Below, one piece after another: positions 1 to 9,909 of a stretch of DNA of 64,000 bases. A program made the translations under genes and the position numbers. The notes beneath the pieces were generated by a model that saw nothing but the letters and a program-made list of their open reading frames with translations, had not been told where the DNA came from and did not search any database. How positions within the stretch are numbered: position 1 is the first letter of the stretch; every line of letters begins with the position of its first letter. The DNA is taken from contig JBEKTQ010000007.1 in assembly GCA_049515895.1 (NCBI GenBank), forward strand, positions 125,164 to 189,163, read 5' to 3'. The DNA is from Candidatus Bathyarchaeia archaeon (GTDB lineage: Archaea > Thermoproteota > Bathyarchaeia > Bathyarchaeales > Bathycorpusculaceae).

Positions 1-180
1 TACACTGCCTTCTAAACTATTTTCGACGGGTACGATGCCGTGCTGGGTTTCTTGAGTGCATACGCTGTCGAAAACGTCTTTGAAGTCGCGGCAAGGTTTA
101 ACCTGTGTTTCTGCTCCGAAGAACTGGTAGACTGCGCTTTCGCTGTAGGCGCCTCGTTCGCCTTGAAATGCTACTTTCAC
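1..180 (-). CDS. pheA: Prephenate dehydratase, N-terminal part (truncated by window edge)
   Basis: Not in ORF track. Manual translation from GTG at 180 (GTGA overlap with leuA stop) gives [14 protein letters not shown]...GIVPVENSLEGSV, the classic PDT N-terminal motifs. Confidence 0.92.
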   Translation of the reverse strand, partial: MKVAFQGERGAYSESAVYQFFGAETQVKPCRDFKDVFDSVCTQETQHGIVPVENSLEGSV

Positions 181-1691
181 TGTTTGTTTCCCCGATTACG
201 ATTCTTAAGCAAAAGCTTGTTTATACCGTTTATCATTGCTTCGACACTAGCCATTACGATGTCCTCTCTTGCTGCCCGTGCGGACACGAGGTTGCCTTTC
301 TCATCTTCCACTTTTATGATGACTTCTGCAACAGCGTTTGAGCCGCCTGTGATTGCTTCAAGCCGATATTCTCTCAGTCTGATTTTTTCTTGGTTACTGA
401 TTAACCTCTGGATTGCCTTCAGAACCGCGTCAACTGGACCAACACCCGTCTCAGCAGCAACGTACTCTTTCCCATCCAGAGTCAACCGCACCGAAGCCGT
501 AGGGATAACCTTGATGCCTGTTACAACTGCCATATCGCATAAATCAACGATTTTCTCCTCTCCGACAACCTCACCCAAAACAGCTGAAGTTAACGCCAAC
601 AAATCAGCGTCCGTCACCATCTTGCCTTTATCACCAAGTTCCTTGACGCGCTGGACAATTTCTTTCAGTTGCTCTTCACTCGGGTGGATGCCGACTTCTT
701 CCAACTCCGCCTTGATGCCGCGTGTCCCCGCCAGTTTCCCAGCGACAAGTTTTCTAGTGCGACCAACCAGAGCAGGATCTATCGGCTCAAAGGTTAGAGG
801 CTTCTCCGCAACTCCGCGTGTGTGGATGCCTGATTCGTGCGCGAACGCGTTTTCGCCCACAAGTGCCTTGTTAGCCTGCACAGCGATACCAGTTAATGAA
901 GAAACCATTCTAGAGGTGCTGTAAAGCAGTCGGCTGTTTATTCCTGTCTTGTACTTGTAAAGAACATGCAAAGCCATAACCACTTCTTCCAGCGAAGCGT
1001 TACCTGCCCGCTCGCCTAACCCGTTGACGGCAACGTGCACTTGTACCGCGCCCGCTTCCACCGCAGCCAACGAGTTTGCAACTGCCAACCCGAAATCATC
1101 ATGGCAATGAATGCTTATGGGCACGCTAACTACTGATTTTATTTCTTCCACAAATTTTATTGTTGATTTTGGAATCATGATGCCGACGGTGTCAGGCAGA
1201 TTTAAGCTGTCCATACCTGCATCCTGGGCTGCTTGACAGATTTTTTTGAGGAAAGGCATTTCGGAGCGCGTGGCGTCCATAGGTGAAAACTCACATTTTA
1301 CACCATGCTTCTTAACGTACTCAATCGACTCGATTGCTGAAGCTAACACTTGCTCATGCGTCAAATTGACCGCGTACTTCATCTGCACCTCAGAAGTGGG
1401 AATGAAAACGTGAATTAAATCGACGTTGCAGTCTAACGCCGCGTCAATGTCACCCTTTGTCGCCCGGGAAAGCGCACAGATTTCAGAGTTCAAGCCCAGT
1501 TTGACAATTTCTTTAACGACTTTTCTTTCGCCTTCGGAGGAACTTGGAAAGCCCGCTTCGATAACGTCAACGCCCAGCTTGCCTAGTTGGCGTGCAATCT
1601 CAATTTTGTCTTCAGGGGTTAAGGAAACCCCGGGGGTTTGTTCGCCGTCTCTTAGGGTAGTGTCTAAAATTCGAATGTATTTACTCGTCAT
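177..1691 (-). CDS. leuA: 2-isopropylmalate synthase (citramalate synthase activity not excluded)
   Basis: [24 protein letters not shown] and AHESGIH motifs, C-terminal LeuA regulatory domain (GVGPVDA); located in leu operon. Confidence 0.9.
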   Translation of the reverse strand: MTSKYIRILDTTLRDGEQTPGVSLTPEDKIEIARQLGKLGVDVIEAGFPSSSEGERKVVKEIVKLGLNSEICALSRATKGDIDAALDCNVDLIHVFIPTSEVQMKYAVNLTHEQVLASAIESIEYVKKHGVKCEFSPMDATRSEMPFLKKICQAAQDAGMDSLNLPDTVGIMIPKSTIKFVEEIKSVVSVPISIHCHDDFGLAVANSLAAVEAGAVQVHVAVNGLGERAGNASLEEVVMALHVLYKYKTGINSRLLYSTSRMVSSLTGIAVQANKALVGENAFAHESGIHTRGVAEKPLTFEPIDPALVGRTRKLVAGKLAGTRGIKAELEEVGIHPSEEQLKEIVQRVKELGDKGKMVTDADLLALTSAVLGEVVGEEKIVDLCDMAVVTGIKVIPTASVRLTLDGKEYVAAETGVGPVDAVLKAIQRLISNQEKIRLREYRLEAITGGSNAVAEVIIKVEDEKGNLVSARAAREDIVMASVEAMINGINKLLLKNRNRGNKQ

Positions 1692-1696
1692 TTTTT

Positions 1697-2734
1697 TCAG
1701 CCAGTTTTCGTTGTTAAGGCTGCGGCAATGGCTTCCGCCATCCCCACGGTCGTTGTGTTCCCGCCGCAGTCTGGAACAGTTTGACCGTTACGTAACGCGT
1801 GAACTACTCCATTCTCAATGGCTGTGCCTGCTTTCATGCATTTATTATCATTGTATTTTTCTCCCAGCCACTCCAGCATCATTTTTGCGCTTAGAACCAT
1901 CGAGATCGGGTTTGCCGTGTGTTTTCCTGCCCTGTTTGGCGCTGAACCATGGATGGGTTCGAATAATGCGAAGTTGTCGCCTATGTTTGCGCCTGGAGCC
2001 ATGCCTAACCCGCCGATAAGCTGGGCTGCTTCGTCTGAGAGGATGTCGCCGAACATGTTGCATGTGCAGAACACATCGAATTCTTGCGGCTCTTTGATTA
2101 GACGCATCGACGCCGCATCAACGTACAGTTCGTTAAACGCTATGTCTGGGTACTGCTTTGCTGTTTCGCGACATACGCTGGCGAATAGCCCGTCGGTCAC
2201 GCGCATGACGTTTGCCTTGTGAATCGCCGTGACTTTCTTTTTGCCATTGCGTAGGCGTGCCATTTCGAATGCTTTTTTGGCTATACGCTGGCAGTTTTTT
2301 CGGGTGATGACTCTTAAGCACAGGGTTGTGTCATTGTCAAGGGTGAATTCTAAGCCTTTGTAAACGTCCTCGGTGTTCTCCCTGACAAAAAGCATGTCAA
2401 TGTCGGGTCTAGCCACTGGGACGGCTGGGTAAGCCTTAAGCGGGCGCAGGTTAGCGTACAAATCGAACATTAACCTGAGTTTAACTATGACGTCTGCTGC
2501 CGATTCGCCGACAGGACCTTTAAGGCAAGCGTGAGACGCCTTAATCTTTTCGACGCTGTCAGCAGGTAGCGCCGCGCCTCTTTTTGCTAAGGTTTCGTCG
2601 CCTGCTTCTGCCTCAATCATTCTCAGTTTTATGCCGTATTTTTTCTGAGCTGCATCCAACACTTTAAGGGTTGCTTCCGTTAATTCGGGGCCAATTCCAT
2701 CGCCGCGAATCAACGAAATCTTATATTCATTCAT
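1697..2734 (-). CDS. leuB: 3-isopropylmalate / homoisocitrate-type beta-decarboxylating dehydrogenase
   Basis: GDGIGPE, RENTED, NMFGDILSD and EPIHGSAP motifs. Confidence 0.92.
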   Translation of the reverse strand: MNEYKISLIRGDGIGPELTEATLKVLDAAQKKYGIKLRMIEAEAGDETLAKRGAALPADSVEKIKASHACLKGPVGESAADVIVKLRLMFDLYANLRPLKAYPAVPVARPDIDMLFVRENTEDVYKGLEFTLDNDTTLCLRVITRKNCQRIAKKAFEMARLRNGKKKVTAIHKANVMRVTDGLFASVCRETAKQYPDIAFNELYVDAASMRLIKEPQEFDVFCTCNMFGDILSDEAAQLIGGLGMAPGANIGDNFALFEPIHGSAPNRAGKHTANPISMVLSAKMMLEWLGEKYNDNKCMKAGTAIENGVVHALRNGQTVPDCGGNTTTVGMAEAIAAALTTKTG

Positions 2735-3234
2735 TTCTTGTTCATTCTCCTTCGTAAATTCTCGATTAATCCGCCATCAGCTAAAATTTCCAATATGAAC
2801 GGTGGAAGCTTTTCCACTTTAAACATTGTGCCGTTGGAAACATTTTCTATCTTGCCAGCATCAAAATCCACAGATAGTTGATCCCCGGTTTTAACTGCCG
2901 CCGATATTCCTTTGCATTCGATTACTGGTAACCCGATGTTGATTGCGTTTCGGAAAAAAATACGTGCGAAAGATTCAGCTAACACACATTTTACACCGGC
3001 ATACTTCAGGGCTAACGGCGCTTGCTCTCGGCTTGAGCCACACCCAAAATTTTTGCCGCCTACCACGATCACCCCTTTTTTTGCTTTCTCAGGAAAGCCT
3101 GGATCTAAGCCCGCTAGGGCGTGTTTTGCCAACTCATAAGGGTCAACCAACGTCATGTATTGTCCGGGCAGAATAACATCTGTGTCAACGTTGCTTCCGA
3201 ATTTTATTGCTGGGCCTTTGATTTTCATATTCAT
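2731..3234 (-). CDS. leuD: 3-isopropylmalate dehydratase / homoaconitase small subunit
   Basis: [20 protein letters not shown] and [13 protein letters not shown] motifs. Confidence 0.93.
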   Translation of the reverse strand: MNMKIKGPAIKFGSNVDTDVILPGQYMTLVDPYELAKHALAGLDPGFPEKAKKGVIVVGGKNFGCGSSREQAPLALKYAGVKCVLAESFARIFFRNAINIGLPVIECKGISAAVKTGDQLSVDFDAGKIENVSNGTMFKVEKLPPFILEILADGGLIENLRRRMNKK

Positions 3235-4499
3235 GGTTTTGCCTCCATTTTTCTTGGGTCAGTGATTTTGCCTGTTACTGCTGAAGCAGCTACGGTCGCT
3301 GGAGAAGCCAAGTACACGCTGGCTTGGGTGCTGCCCATTCTTCCGATAAAGTTCCTGTTTGAACTGCTAACGCAGGTTTCGCCTGCCGCGAGTAATCCTA
3401 TGTGACCTCCCAGGCATGGACCGCATGCTGAACCACAAACTATCGCGCCTGAGTCAGTGAAGATTTCCATTAAACCTTCATCTATGGCCTGACGGTAAAC
3501 TTCCTGCGAGGCTGGAATCACAAGAGCCCTAACGCCGTCTTTTACGCGTTTGCCCTTCAAAACTTGAGCTGCTAAGCGCAAATCTTCGATTCTGCCGTTG
3601 GTGCAGGAACCGATAAAGGCCTGCTCAACGGGAACGTTGCCTACTTCGGAAATTGGTTTAACGTTGTCAACTGATGACGGGCAAGCAACTTGTGGTTCCA
3701 TCTTTGAGACGTCAAAGTCCATTGTTTGCTCGTAAACAGAGTCTTTGTCGCTTTTCAACGCTTCAAAATTCGGTAATTCCTTGACTCTGGTTTTCAGGAA
3801 CTCTCGGGTTGTTTCGTCGGGTTCAATGATGCCGTTTTTGGCGCCCATTTCCACCGCCATGTTGCATAGCGTCATTCTTCCCGCTATACTCATGCCCTTT
3901 ATTGTTGGGCCAGTGAACTCGGCGCTTTCGTATGTGGCACCATCAACGCTCATGTGCCCTATTATTGAAAGGATCAGGTCTTTGGGAGTTACGAATTTTT
4001 GGAATTCTCCAGACACGACGAATTTGACAGCTTTAGGTATTTTCAGCCAGATCTTTCCCGTAGCCATAACCGCTGCGGCTTCGGTTGAACCTATTCCTGT
4101 TGCGAAAGCTCCGAATGCCCCGTAAGTGCAGGTATGCGAGTCGGCGCCTACGATGACTGTTCCGGGAACAACGTGCCCCTTCTCAGGCATGACTTGATGG
4201 CAGATTCCGCCTCTGCCCACATCGTAAATGCGTAGGTTTTGGTCTTTGGCGAATTGGCGCATGGTTTTGTGCAGTTCCGCTGCTTTCACGGATTCAGCTG
4301 GTACCTGATGGTCCAGTATGACCACTGCTTTTTGGTTATCCCAAACTTTCTGTACGCCTATTTTCTTAAAGGCTTCAACGGCTAAAGGTCCAGTTAAATC
4401 GTGCACCATCACCATGTCAACGTTTGCGTCGACTATTTCTCCTGGGTGCACAGCTTTTTTTCCTGAGGCTTTGGCCAAGATCTTTTCTGTTATGTTCAT
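3231..4499 (-). CDS. leuC: 3-isopropylmalate dehydratase / homoaconitase large subunit
   Basis: GADSHTCT, GSCTNGR, CGPCLG and SNRNFIGRMG aconitase-family motifs. Confidence 0.93.
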   Translation of the reverse strand: MNITEKILAKASGKKAVHPGEIVDANVDMVMVHDLTGPLAVEAFKKIGVQKVWDNQKAVVILDHQVPAESVKAAELHKTMRQFAKDQNLRIYDVGRGGICHQVMPEKGHVVPGTVIVGADSHTCTYGAFGAFATGIGSTEAAAVMATGKIWLKIPKAVKFVVSGEFQKFVTPKDLILSIIGHMSVDGATYESAEFTGPTIKGMSIAGRMTLCNMAVEMGAKNGIIEPDETTREFLKTRVKELPNFEALKSDKDSVYEQTMDFDVSKMEPQVACPSSVDNVKPISEVGNVPVEQAFIGSCTNGRIEDLRLAAQVLKGKRVKDGVRALVIPASQEVYRQAIDEGLMEIFTDSGAIVCGSACGPCLGGHIGLLAAGETCVSSSNRNFIGRMGSTQASVYLASPATVAASAVTGKITDPRKMEAKP

Positions 4500-4543
4500 T
4501 TTTCTATTCTCTTCTATCAGTTGCCTTTTTTCTGTTGATAACT

Positions 4544-4565
4544 ATGACAAGTTTGTCATTTTAAG
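4544..4565 (-). promoter_or_regulatory. Internal leuC promoter: TATA-like CTTAAAAT overlapping palindromic operator ATGACAA-GT-TTGTCAT
   Basis: Perfect 7-2-7 inverted repeat at 4544-4559 in the 104-bp ilvN-leuC gap; same geometry as the lysW and argG motif. Confidence 0.55.
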
Positions 4566-4603
4566 AAAGCTTGAAGTTAAGGGTTTCCGTGCTCGGAGAG
4601 GAT

Positions 4604-5116
4604 TTATTCGTCTATTCTTACTGATTTTGTTCCTCTTGCTAGCGCTGTTATGCCTGTTCTGGCAAGTTCAATGACGCCTGTTGCCTTCATCAAGTTTAGG
4701 AAGGCGTCAAGCTTGTCAGGTGTTCCGGTGATTTCCACGGTTAGGCTGTCAGTTGAAACGTCAATTATTCGTCCTCGGAAGACTTCTACACAGTTAATGA
4801 TGTCGGAGCGATCTTTCGCAGTTGGAGAGTTAACCTTTATCAAAGCTAGCTCGCGCATTACATAGTTTCCAGGCTCCAGTTCCTCGACTTTAAGCACATC
4901 GACGAGTTTTGCGACTTGTTTGACGACTTGGACGATTGTTTTTTCATCCTCATTAACTGTTATGGTCATACGCGCGATGTCTTTCCTCTCGCTCGGGCCG
5001 ACAGTGATGCTTTCAATGTTAAAGTTTCTGCGTCGGAACAAGTTTGAAACTCCGAAGAGCACACCTGGCTTGTTTTCGACAAGTACCGAAATTATTTTTG
5101 TTCTTCCAGCTTCCAT
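4604..5116 (-). CDS. ilvN: Acetolactate synthase regulatory (small) subunit
   Basis: ACT domain VENKPGVL...RRNFNIESITVG; C-terminal ELARTG. Confidence 0.94.
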   Translation of the reverse strand: MEAGRTKIISVLVENKPGVLFGVSNLFRRRNFNIESITVGPSERKDIARMTITVNEDEKTIVQVVKQVAKLVDVLKVEELEPGNYVMRELALIKVNSPTAKDRSDIINCVEVFRGRIIDVSTDSLTVEITGTPDKLDAFLNLMKATGVIELARTGITALARGTKSVRIDE

Positions 5117-6822
5117 TAGTAATCACCTTTCTGTTGGGGTAAACCGCAGCCTGGAGGCACAAAGGGCACAACGTCCTGCTCCGAGCCTATAGGCACATCG
5201 ATCACCGTGGTAACATTACTGTTCAATGCTGTCTTAACAGCTTTGTGGAATTCCTCGATTGATGTTGCCCGCAGTCCTTGCGCTCCGTAAGCTTCCGCCA
5301 GCTTAACGAAGTCTGGTGTTCTGCCTAGGTTAACCGCCATGTAGCGTCGTTTGTAGAGCATTCTTTGCCACTGGGCAACCATTCCTAGTACCGAATTGTT
5401 CAGCACTATGACAGTAACCGGAATCTTTTCGGTAACGGAGCAGGCGAGTTCTTGCTCGCTCATTATGAAGCTGCCGTCGCCCGCTATGTCTACGACTGGT
5501 CTGTCTGGGCAAGCGACTTTTGCGCCGATTGCCGCTGGGAAGCCGAAACCCATCGTTCCTAAGCCTCCTGAACTGATGAACGATCTCGGCTTCAAAGCTT
5601 GGAAGTAAAGCGCCGACCACATTTGGTTTTGCCCAACTTCCGTAGTGACTATCGCGCTTTCAGGAAGAAGGTTCCTTAACTCAGTCAACAATGCCTTCGG
5701 CACTATGTCTCTTGGTCTCTCTTTCATCAGTGGACTCAGCTGTTCTTTTGCTTCTTTAACTCGCTTTGCCCAAGCGTTGCCTTCACCTTTACGCAGTTTT
5801 TCGCTTAATGCGGCAAGCAAAAGATTCAGGGCAGCTTTTGCGTCGCCGACTATGGGTACATCAACCTCAATGTTCTTGCCGATTTCTGCCTCGTCAATGT
5901 CTATATGGATTTTTTTAGCTTCATGCGCAAAAGAGTCCAAATTTGCTGTTGCACGGTCGGAGAATCTTGTTCCGACAGCTAGCAGAACGTCAGCTTCGCA
6001 CATGAGCCTGTTCGCCGCTGGGTTTCCATGCATTCCTATGCTACCTACCGACAGAGGGTGACATTCCGGGAACGAGCCTTTACCCATGAATGTTGTAGCG
6101 ACTGGTGTCATCAGCAGGTCAGACATCCGCATGATTTCGTCTGAAGCGTTCGAGATTATGACTCCGCCGCCTGCAAGGATGATCGGACGCTCCGCTTTCG
6201 CAAGCAAACTGGCGGCTTCGCTAATCTTGCATAAGTCTATCTCAATCATTGACTTGTAACCAAAGGCTTCGATCTTGTCAGTTACCTCCACTTCGCCAGT
6301 GTCTGACTGCACGTTTTTTGGCAAGTCAATCAGAACCGGTCCCGGTCTACCCGTAGACGCTATGTAGAACGCCGTGTTAACGATAGTTGGAATCTCTGCA
6401 ACAGTTCTTGGCTGGAAATTGTACTTAGTGATTGGGGTTGTGATTCCGATTATGTCGGCTTCTTGGAACGCGTCTCTGCCGATTAAGTATGAAGTGTTTA
6501 CGCCTGAAGAGGGAACCTGCCCTGTCAATGCTACTATGGGAGAAGAATCCATGTATGCGTTCGCTATCCCGGTAACCAAGTTTGTAGCTCCGGGCCCTGA
6601 GGTTGCCATGCAAACTCCTACTCGTCCGCTGGCTCTGGCATAGCCTTCGGCTTCATGCGCCGCGCATTGTTCGTGCCTGGCAAGGATGTGCCTAATTTTT
6701 GCGTTGCCGCACAAAGCGTCATACACAGGAAGGATTGCTCCGCCTAAGATGCCGAAGATCACGTTCACGTTTTGGCGTTCAAGAGATTCTAGGAGTGCTT
6801 TTGCACCAGACATTTTAGTCAT
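5116..6822 (-). CDS. ilvB: Acetolactate synthase catalytic (large) subunit
   Basis: RHEQ, TSGPGATN, GGLGTMGFG and GDGSF..NN TPP-binding motifs. Confidence 0.95.
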   Translation of the reverse strand: MTKMSGAKALLESLERQNVNVIFGILGGAILPVYDALCGNAKIRHILARHEQCAAHEAEGYARASGRVGVCMATSGPGATNLVTGIANAYMDSSPIVALTGQVPSSGVNTSYLIGRDAFQEADIIGITTPITKYNFQPRTVAEIPTIVNTAFYIASTGRPGPVLIDLPKNVQSDTGEVEVTDKIEAFGYKSMIEIDLCKISEAASLLAKAERPIILAGGGVIISNASDEIMRMSDLLMTPVATTFMGKGSFPECHPLSVGSIGMHGNPAANRLMCEADVLLAVGTRFSDRATANLDSFAHEAKKIHIDIDEAEIGKNIEVDVPIVGDAKAALNLLLAALSEKLRKGEGNAWAKRVKEAKEQLSPLMKERPRDIVPKALLTELRNLLPESAIVTTEVGQNQMWSALYFQALKPRSFISSGGLGTMGFGFPAAIGAKVACPDRPVVDIAGDGSFIMSEQELACSVTEKIPVTVIVLNNSVLGMVAQWQRMLYKRRYMAVNLGRTPDFVKLAEAYGAQGLRATSIEEFHKAVKTALNSNVTTVIDVPIGSEQDVVPFVPPGCGLPQQKGDY

Positions 6823-6919
6823 TTTTCATCGTTTTCTCCTTTCAACAAATATTCTCTCGTCTTGGGAAGAAATGATTGCAAAATTAGATTCAGTTTTTTC
6901 AGAGAGGTTCCTGGGAGAA

Positions 6920-6970
6920 TCAAAGAATAAGTACCCGACGATCCCAGCTATTGAGGTGACGATCCCTCAT
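6920..6970 (-). CDS. Putative ilv-leu leader peptide MRDRHLNSWDRRVLIL (16 aa)
   Basis: ATG at 6970, TGA at 6922-6920. Ends in consecutive Val-Leu-Ile-Leu codons. TATA-like TTTAAG 32 nt upstream (7002-6997). Lies in the 5' leader of ilvB. Confidence 0.65.
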   Translation of the reverse strand: MRDRHLNSWDRRVLIL

Positions 6971-7235
6971 TTTCGTGCCTCTTAAATACCACGTACCTTA
7001 AAGGTATCATCCAAGTAAACATAAAAAGTTTACGGTGTCCAGCTAATACGCATCGGAAGTTTACACTATTCCTTTGCAAGTTTAACTTGGTAAATGCAAA
7101 TAAGAACTTGTTCTCCTTAAGCAGTGTTAAGATTTTTCCAAATGGAATTTCGATATGCAGAAAAAACCCCGGAAATAATTAACTGAAAGAAAGGTCTTAT
7201 TACTGCGAATGCTTTTTTGATTGCTGTGAAACTTT

Positions 7236-7421
7236 ATGTGCGAATTTAACGTCATCCTTGATGGGAAAACCCAGTTTAGAGACGTAATTTACGTTAAAGT
7301 TGAAGGTGACAACGTCACAGTCAGGAACATTTTGGGCGAATCAAAAGAGTTCAAAGGCTGCAAAATCCTCGAAGTCGACGTTAATTACACAAGGCTAGTA
7401 CTCTCCTCCATAAAATCATAA
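7236..7421 (+). CDS. CooT-family nickel-binding protein
   Basis: 61 aa; N-terminal MCE and ...V(R)NILGE...ILEVD pattern typical of CooT. Confidence 0.75.
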   Translation: MCEFNVILDGKTQFRDVIYVKVEGDNVTVRNILGESKEFKGCKILEVDVNYTRLVLSSIKS

Positions 7422-7601
7422 TCAAGCTCGGTCTCTTAGCCTTCAAGATTTTTCACTTACATAACTAAGGCTAATCTTTCTGACTAAAAGCTAATTCAAC
7501 CCTAAACCCGGCTGCAGCCTCAAGGGAGCCTAAGCGTAACCTGGCAACAATAAAGGGCACCTATTATTTGTGACAAGAGATCACTACAAAAATTGTGGGT
7601 C

Positions 7602-8729
7602 CTAAGCGCTTGGGTTTGTGTTGTTATGAAGCTCTGACAACCTCAGCAGTGTCTCTTTGTAGACTTGGATCGCGTTCAGGTACTCACCAACGTCAATGTG
7701 CTCATCCAAAGTGTGGTCAAGGCGGGAGTTGCCTGGTCCATAAGTGACTATTGGCAGGTTCATAGCTTTACCCAGAATATTCATGTCGCCAGTCCCAGTT
7801 TTACGCAGAAGCGTCGCTGGCTTGTTCAACACTTTTCGGACAGATGAAGAAAAAACATGCACCAGCGGAGAAGCCTTGTTCACCTCGAAAGGCTCCACGG
7901 TGTCCAGAACAGTTGCTTTCACAGAAATTTTCGGGTTAGCGGCTTGGTACTTCGCGATAATCTTCTCTATCTGTTCAAAAACCTGATTCGTAGAAAACTG
8001 GATTGGCACCCGCACGTCAATGTTCATTTCAGCTTCAAAAGGAACAACCGACATCGGTCTGCCGCCTGCAACCTTAACCAAACAAGCCGTGACCGCATTG
8101 AAAGGGCTTTCCGAAGGATCAAGCGAAGGATAAGAAGAAGCATTCTTGATTTGCTCCCAAACCTCATACGCTTTCTCCAATGCATTATCATAAAGCCACG
8201 GCGTTGAAGAATGCCCCGTCTCAGTTTTGCAAACGATTTTCAGCTGGATCTGACCCTTGTACGCAACTGTTATATTTTCAACGCCGCTGGGTTCACCGAA
8301 AATGGCGTAGTCAGCCTTAATACCCTGAGTGATAAGGTGTTTAACGCCTCGGCTGGTCGCTTCCTCCTCGACTACGCTTGCAACCAAGATTTTGCCTTTA
8401 AACCCAGGTTCCTTCGCAGCGGAAACCGCAGCCATGATCATAGCGGCAAGCGGACCCTTCGCGTCTACAGCGCCTCGAGCGTAGATTTTGCCTTCTTCAA
8501 TTCGAAGCGGCAAATGCCCAGCCACTGTATCCATGTGACCGCACATCAGGATGACGGGTTGGCCTTCGCCGACTACGCCAATTACGTTTCCGATTGCGTC
8601 TTTGCCAACCTCAAAACCCATCTTTTTCATTTCAACCTCTAAAAAGTTGGCGGCATCCTCCTCTTTTCCTGACGGGCTATAAATGCCCAAGAGGTTAGTT
8701 AGAAACCGTACTGCTTCTTGCTCGCTCAT
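7602..8729 (-). CDS. lysK: [LysW]-lysine/[LysW]-ornithine hydrolase (M20 peptidase)
   Basis: GHMDTV, GAVDAKG, EEE, GEPSG and TGDMN..YGPG..LDHT motifs; in lysW cluster. Start taken at ATG 8729 (GTG 8741 is an alternative). Confidence 0.88.
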   Translation of the reverse strand: MSEQEAVRFLTNLLGIYSPSGKEEDAANFLEVEMKKMGFEVGKDAIGNVIGVVGEGQPVILMCGHMDTVAGHLPLRIEEGKIYARGAVDAKGPLAAMIMAAVSAAKEPGFKGKILVASVVEEEATSRGVKHLITQGIKADYAIFGEPSGVENITVAYKGQIQLKIVCKTETGHSSTPWLYDNALEKAYEVWEQIKNASSYPSLDPSESPFNAVTACLVKVAGGRPMSVVPFEAEMNIDVRVPIQFSTNQVFEQIEKIIAKYQAANPKISVKATVLDTVEPFEVNKASPLVHVFSSSVRKVLNKPATLLRKTGTGDMNILGKAMNLPIVTYGPGNSRLDHTLDEHIDVGEYLNAIQVYKETLLRLSELHNNTNPSA

Positions 8730-9909
8730 TCTCTTCGTCACCTAACACTTCATCTAGCACAGTCACTATTCGGTCAATCTGCTTCTTCTGAATTACCAAA
8801 GGCGGCAACAGGCGGACAACTGTCCTTCCAGCATCTAAAACTAAAACACCTTTCGCGGCCGTCTTCAAAATCACGTTCAGAACATCGAAGCGTAGCTCCA
8901 TGCCAAGCATTAATCCTAAGCCGCGAACTTCTTTGACGATTTTATGTTTTGCCTGTATTCCTTCCAGTTCAGTCTTGAAGTAATGACCCATTTTCGAGGC
9001 GCACTCAGTCAAGTTTTCTTCCACAAGCGCATCTATCGCAGCGCATCCAGCTGCACAAACCAGCGGACTGCCGCTAAAAGTAGTTGAGTGCTCACCAACT
9101 TTAAGGGCTGACATAATATTTTTCTTTGCAACGGTTATGCCTATGGGCAAACCACCAGCAAATGGCTTAGCCAAACACATCACATCAGGTATAACACCCC
9201 AGTTTTGGCAACCAAAAAGCTTGCCCGTGCGCCCGAAGCTTGTTTGAACTTCATCAAAAATCAGTAAAACATTCTTCTCGTCGCAGATCCTCCGCACCTC
9301 TTGCAGGTAGCCTTCAGGTGGAACCCGGACACCGCCCTCACCCCGAATAGGCTCCATAAGAAACGCTCCTGTTTTCTCGCTAATAGCTTCACGGATTTTA
9401 TCGGCATTATCAGGGGCGACATGCTTGATTTCTGGAACCAGAGGCATGAAAGGCTCACGGTACTTTTTGTCCCATGTTGCAGAAAGCGCACCCATGGTCT
9501 TGCCATGAAATGCACCCATCAAAGCGATAATTTCTGGTTTGCCTGTGTATTTGCGGGCGAGTTTAATGGCGCATTCAACTGATTCAGCTCCGCTATTTGA
9601 CAGAAACACTTTGTCTAAGCCTTTAGGAGTTATGTGAACAAGTTTCTCGACGAATTCTGCGCGTTTGTCGTTGTAGTAACAGCTGTGGCAGGTGATAAGC
9701 TGCTCAGCCTGAGCTTGGATTGCAGCGACAACTTTTGGGTGACAGTGCCCTAGCAGGGCGACACCGTAACTGGTTGAGCAGTCAATGTATTCTTTGCCTT
9801 TAATGTCCCAGACAAGCGCGCCTTTGCCCTTTGTCAAAACGACTGGTTTTTTGGAGAAAACGTTTGCCATGAACCGCGTTTCAACATCAATTATTTCTTG
9901 TTCATTCAC
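8695..9909 (-). CDS. lysJ: [LysW]-aminoadipate/glutamate semialdehyde transaminase (class III PLP)
   Basis: NSGAES, FHGKT, DEVQTSFGRTG and LAK motifs; cluster context. Confidence 0.88.
   Translation of the reverse strand: MNEQEIIDVETRFMANVFSKKPVVLTKGKGALVWDIKGKEYIDCSTSYGVALLGHCHPKVVAAIQAQAEQLITCHSCYYNDKRAEFVEKLVHITPKGLDKVFLSNSGAESVECAIKLARKYTGKPEIIALMGAFHGKTMGALSATWDKKYREPFMPLVPEIKHVAPDNADKIREAISEKTGAFLMEPIRGEGGVRVPPEGYLQEVRRICDEKNVLLIFDEVQTSFGRTGKLFGCQNWGVIPDVMCLAKPFAGGLPIGITVAKKNIMSALKVGEHSTTFSGSPLVCAAGCAAIDALVEENLTECASKMGHYFKTELEGIQAKHKIVKEVRGLGLMLGMELRFDVLNVILKTAAKGVLVLDAGRTVVRLLPPLVIQKKQIDRIVTVLDEVLGDEENERARSSTVSN

Noticed and set aside
40-924. 294-aa + strand ORF (and the many similar antisense ORFs across the window)
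   Set aside because: Shadow frames opposite well-supported genes, with no motifs.
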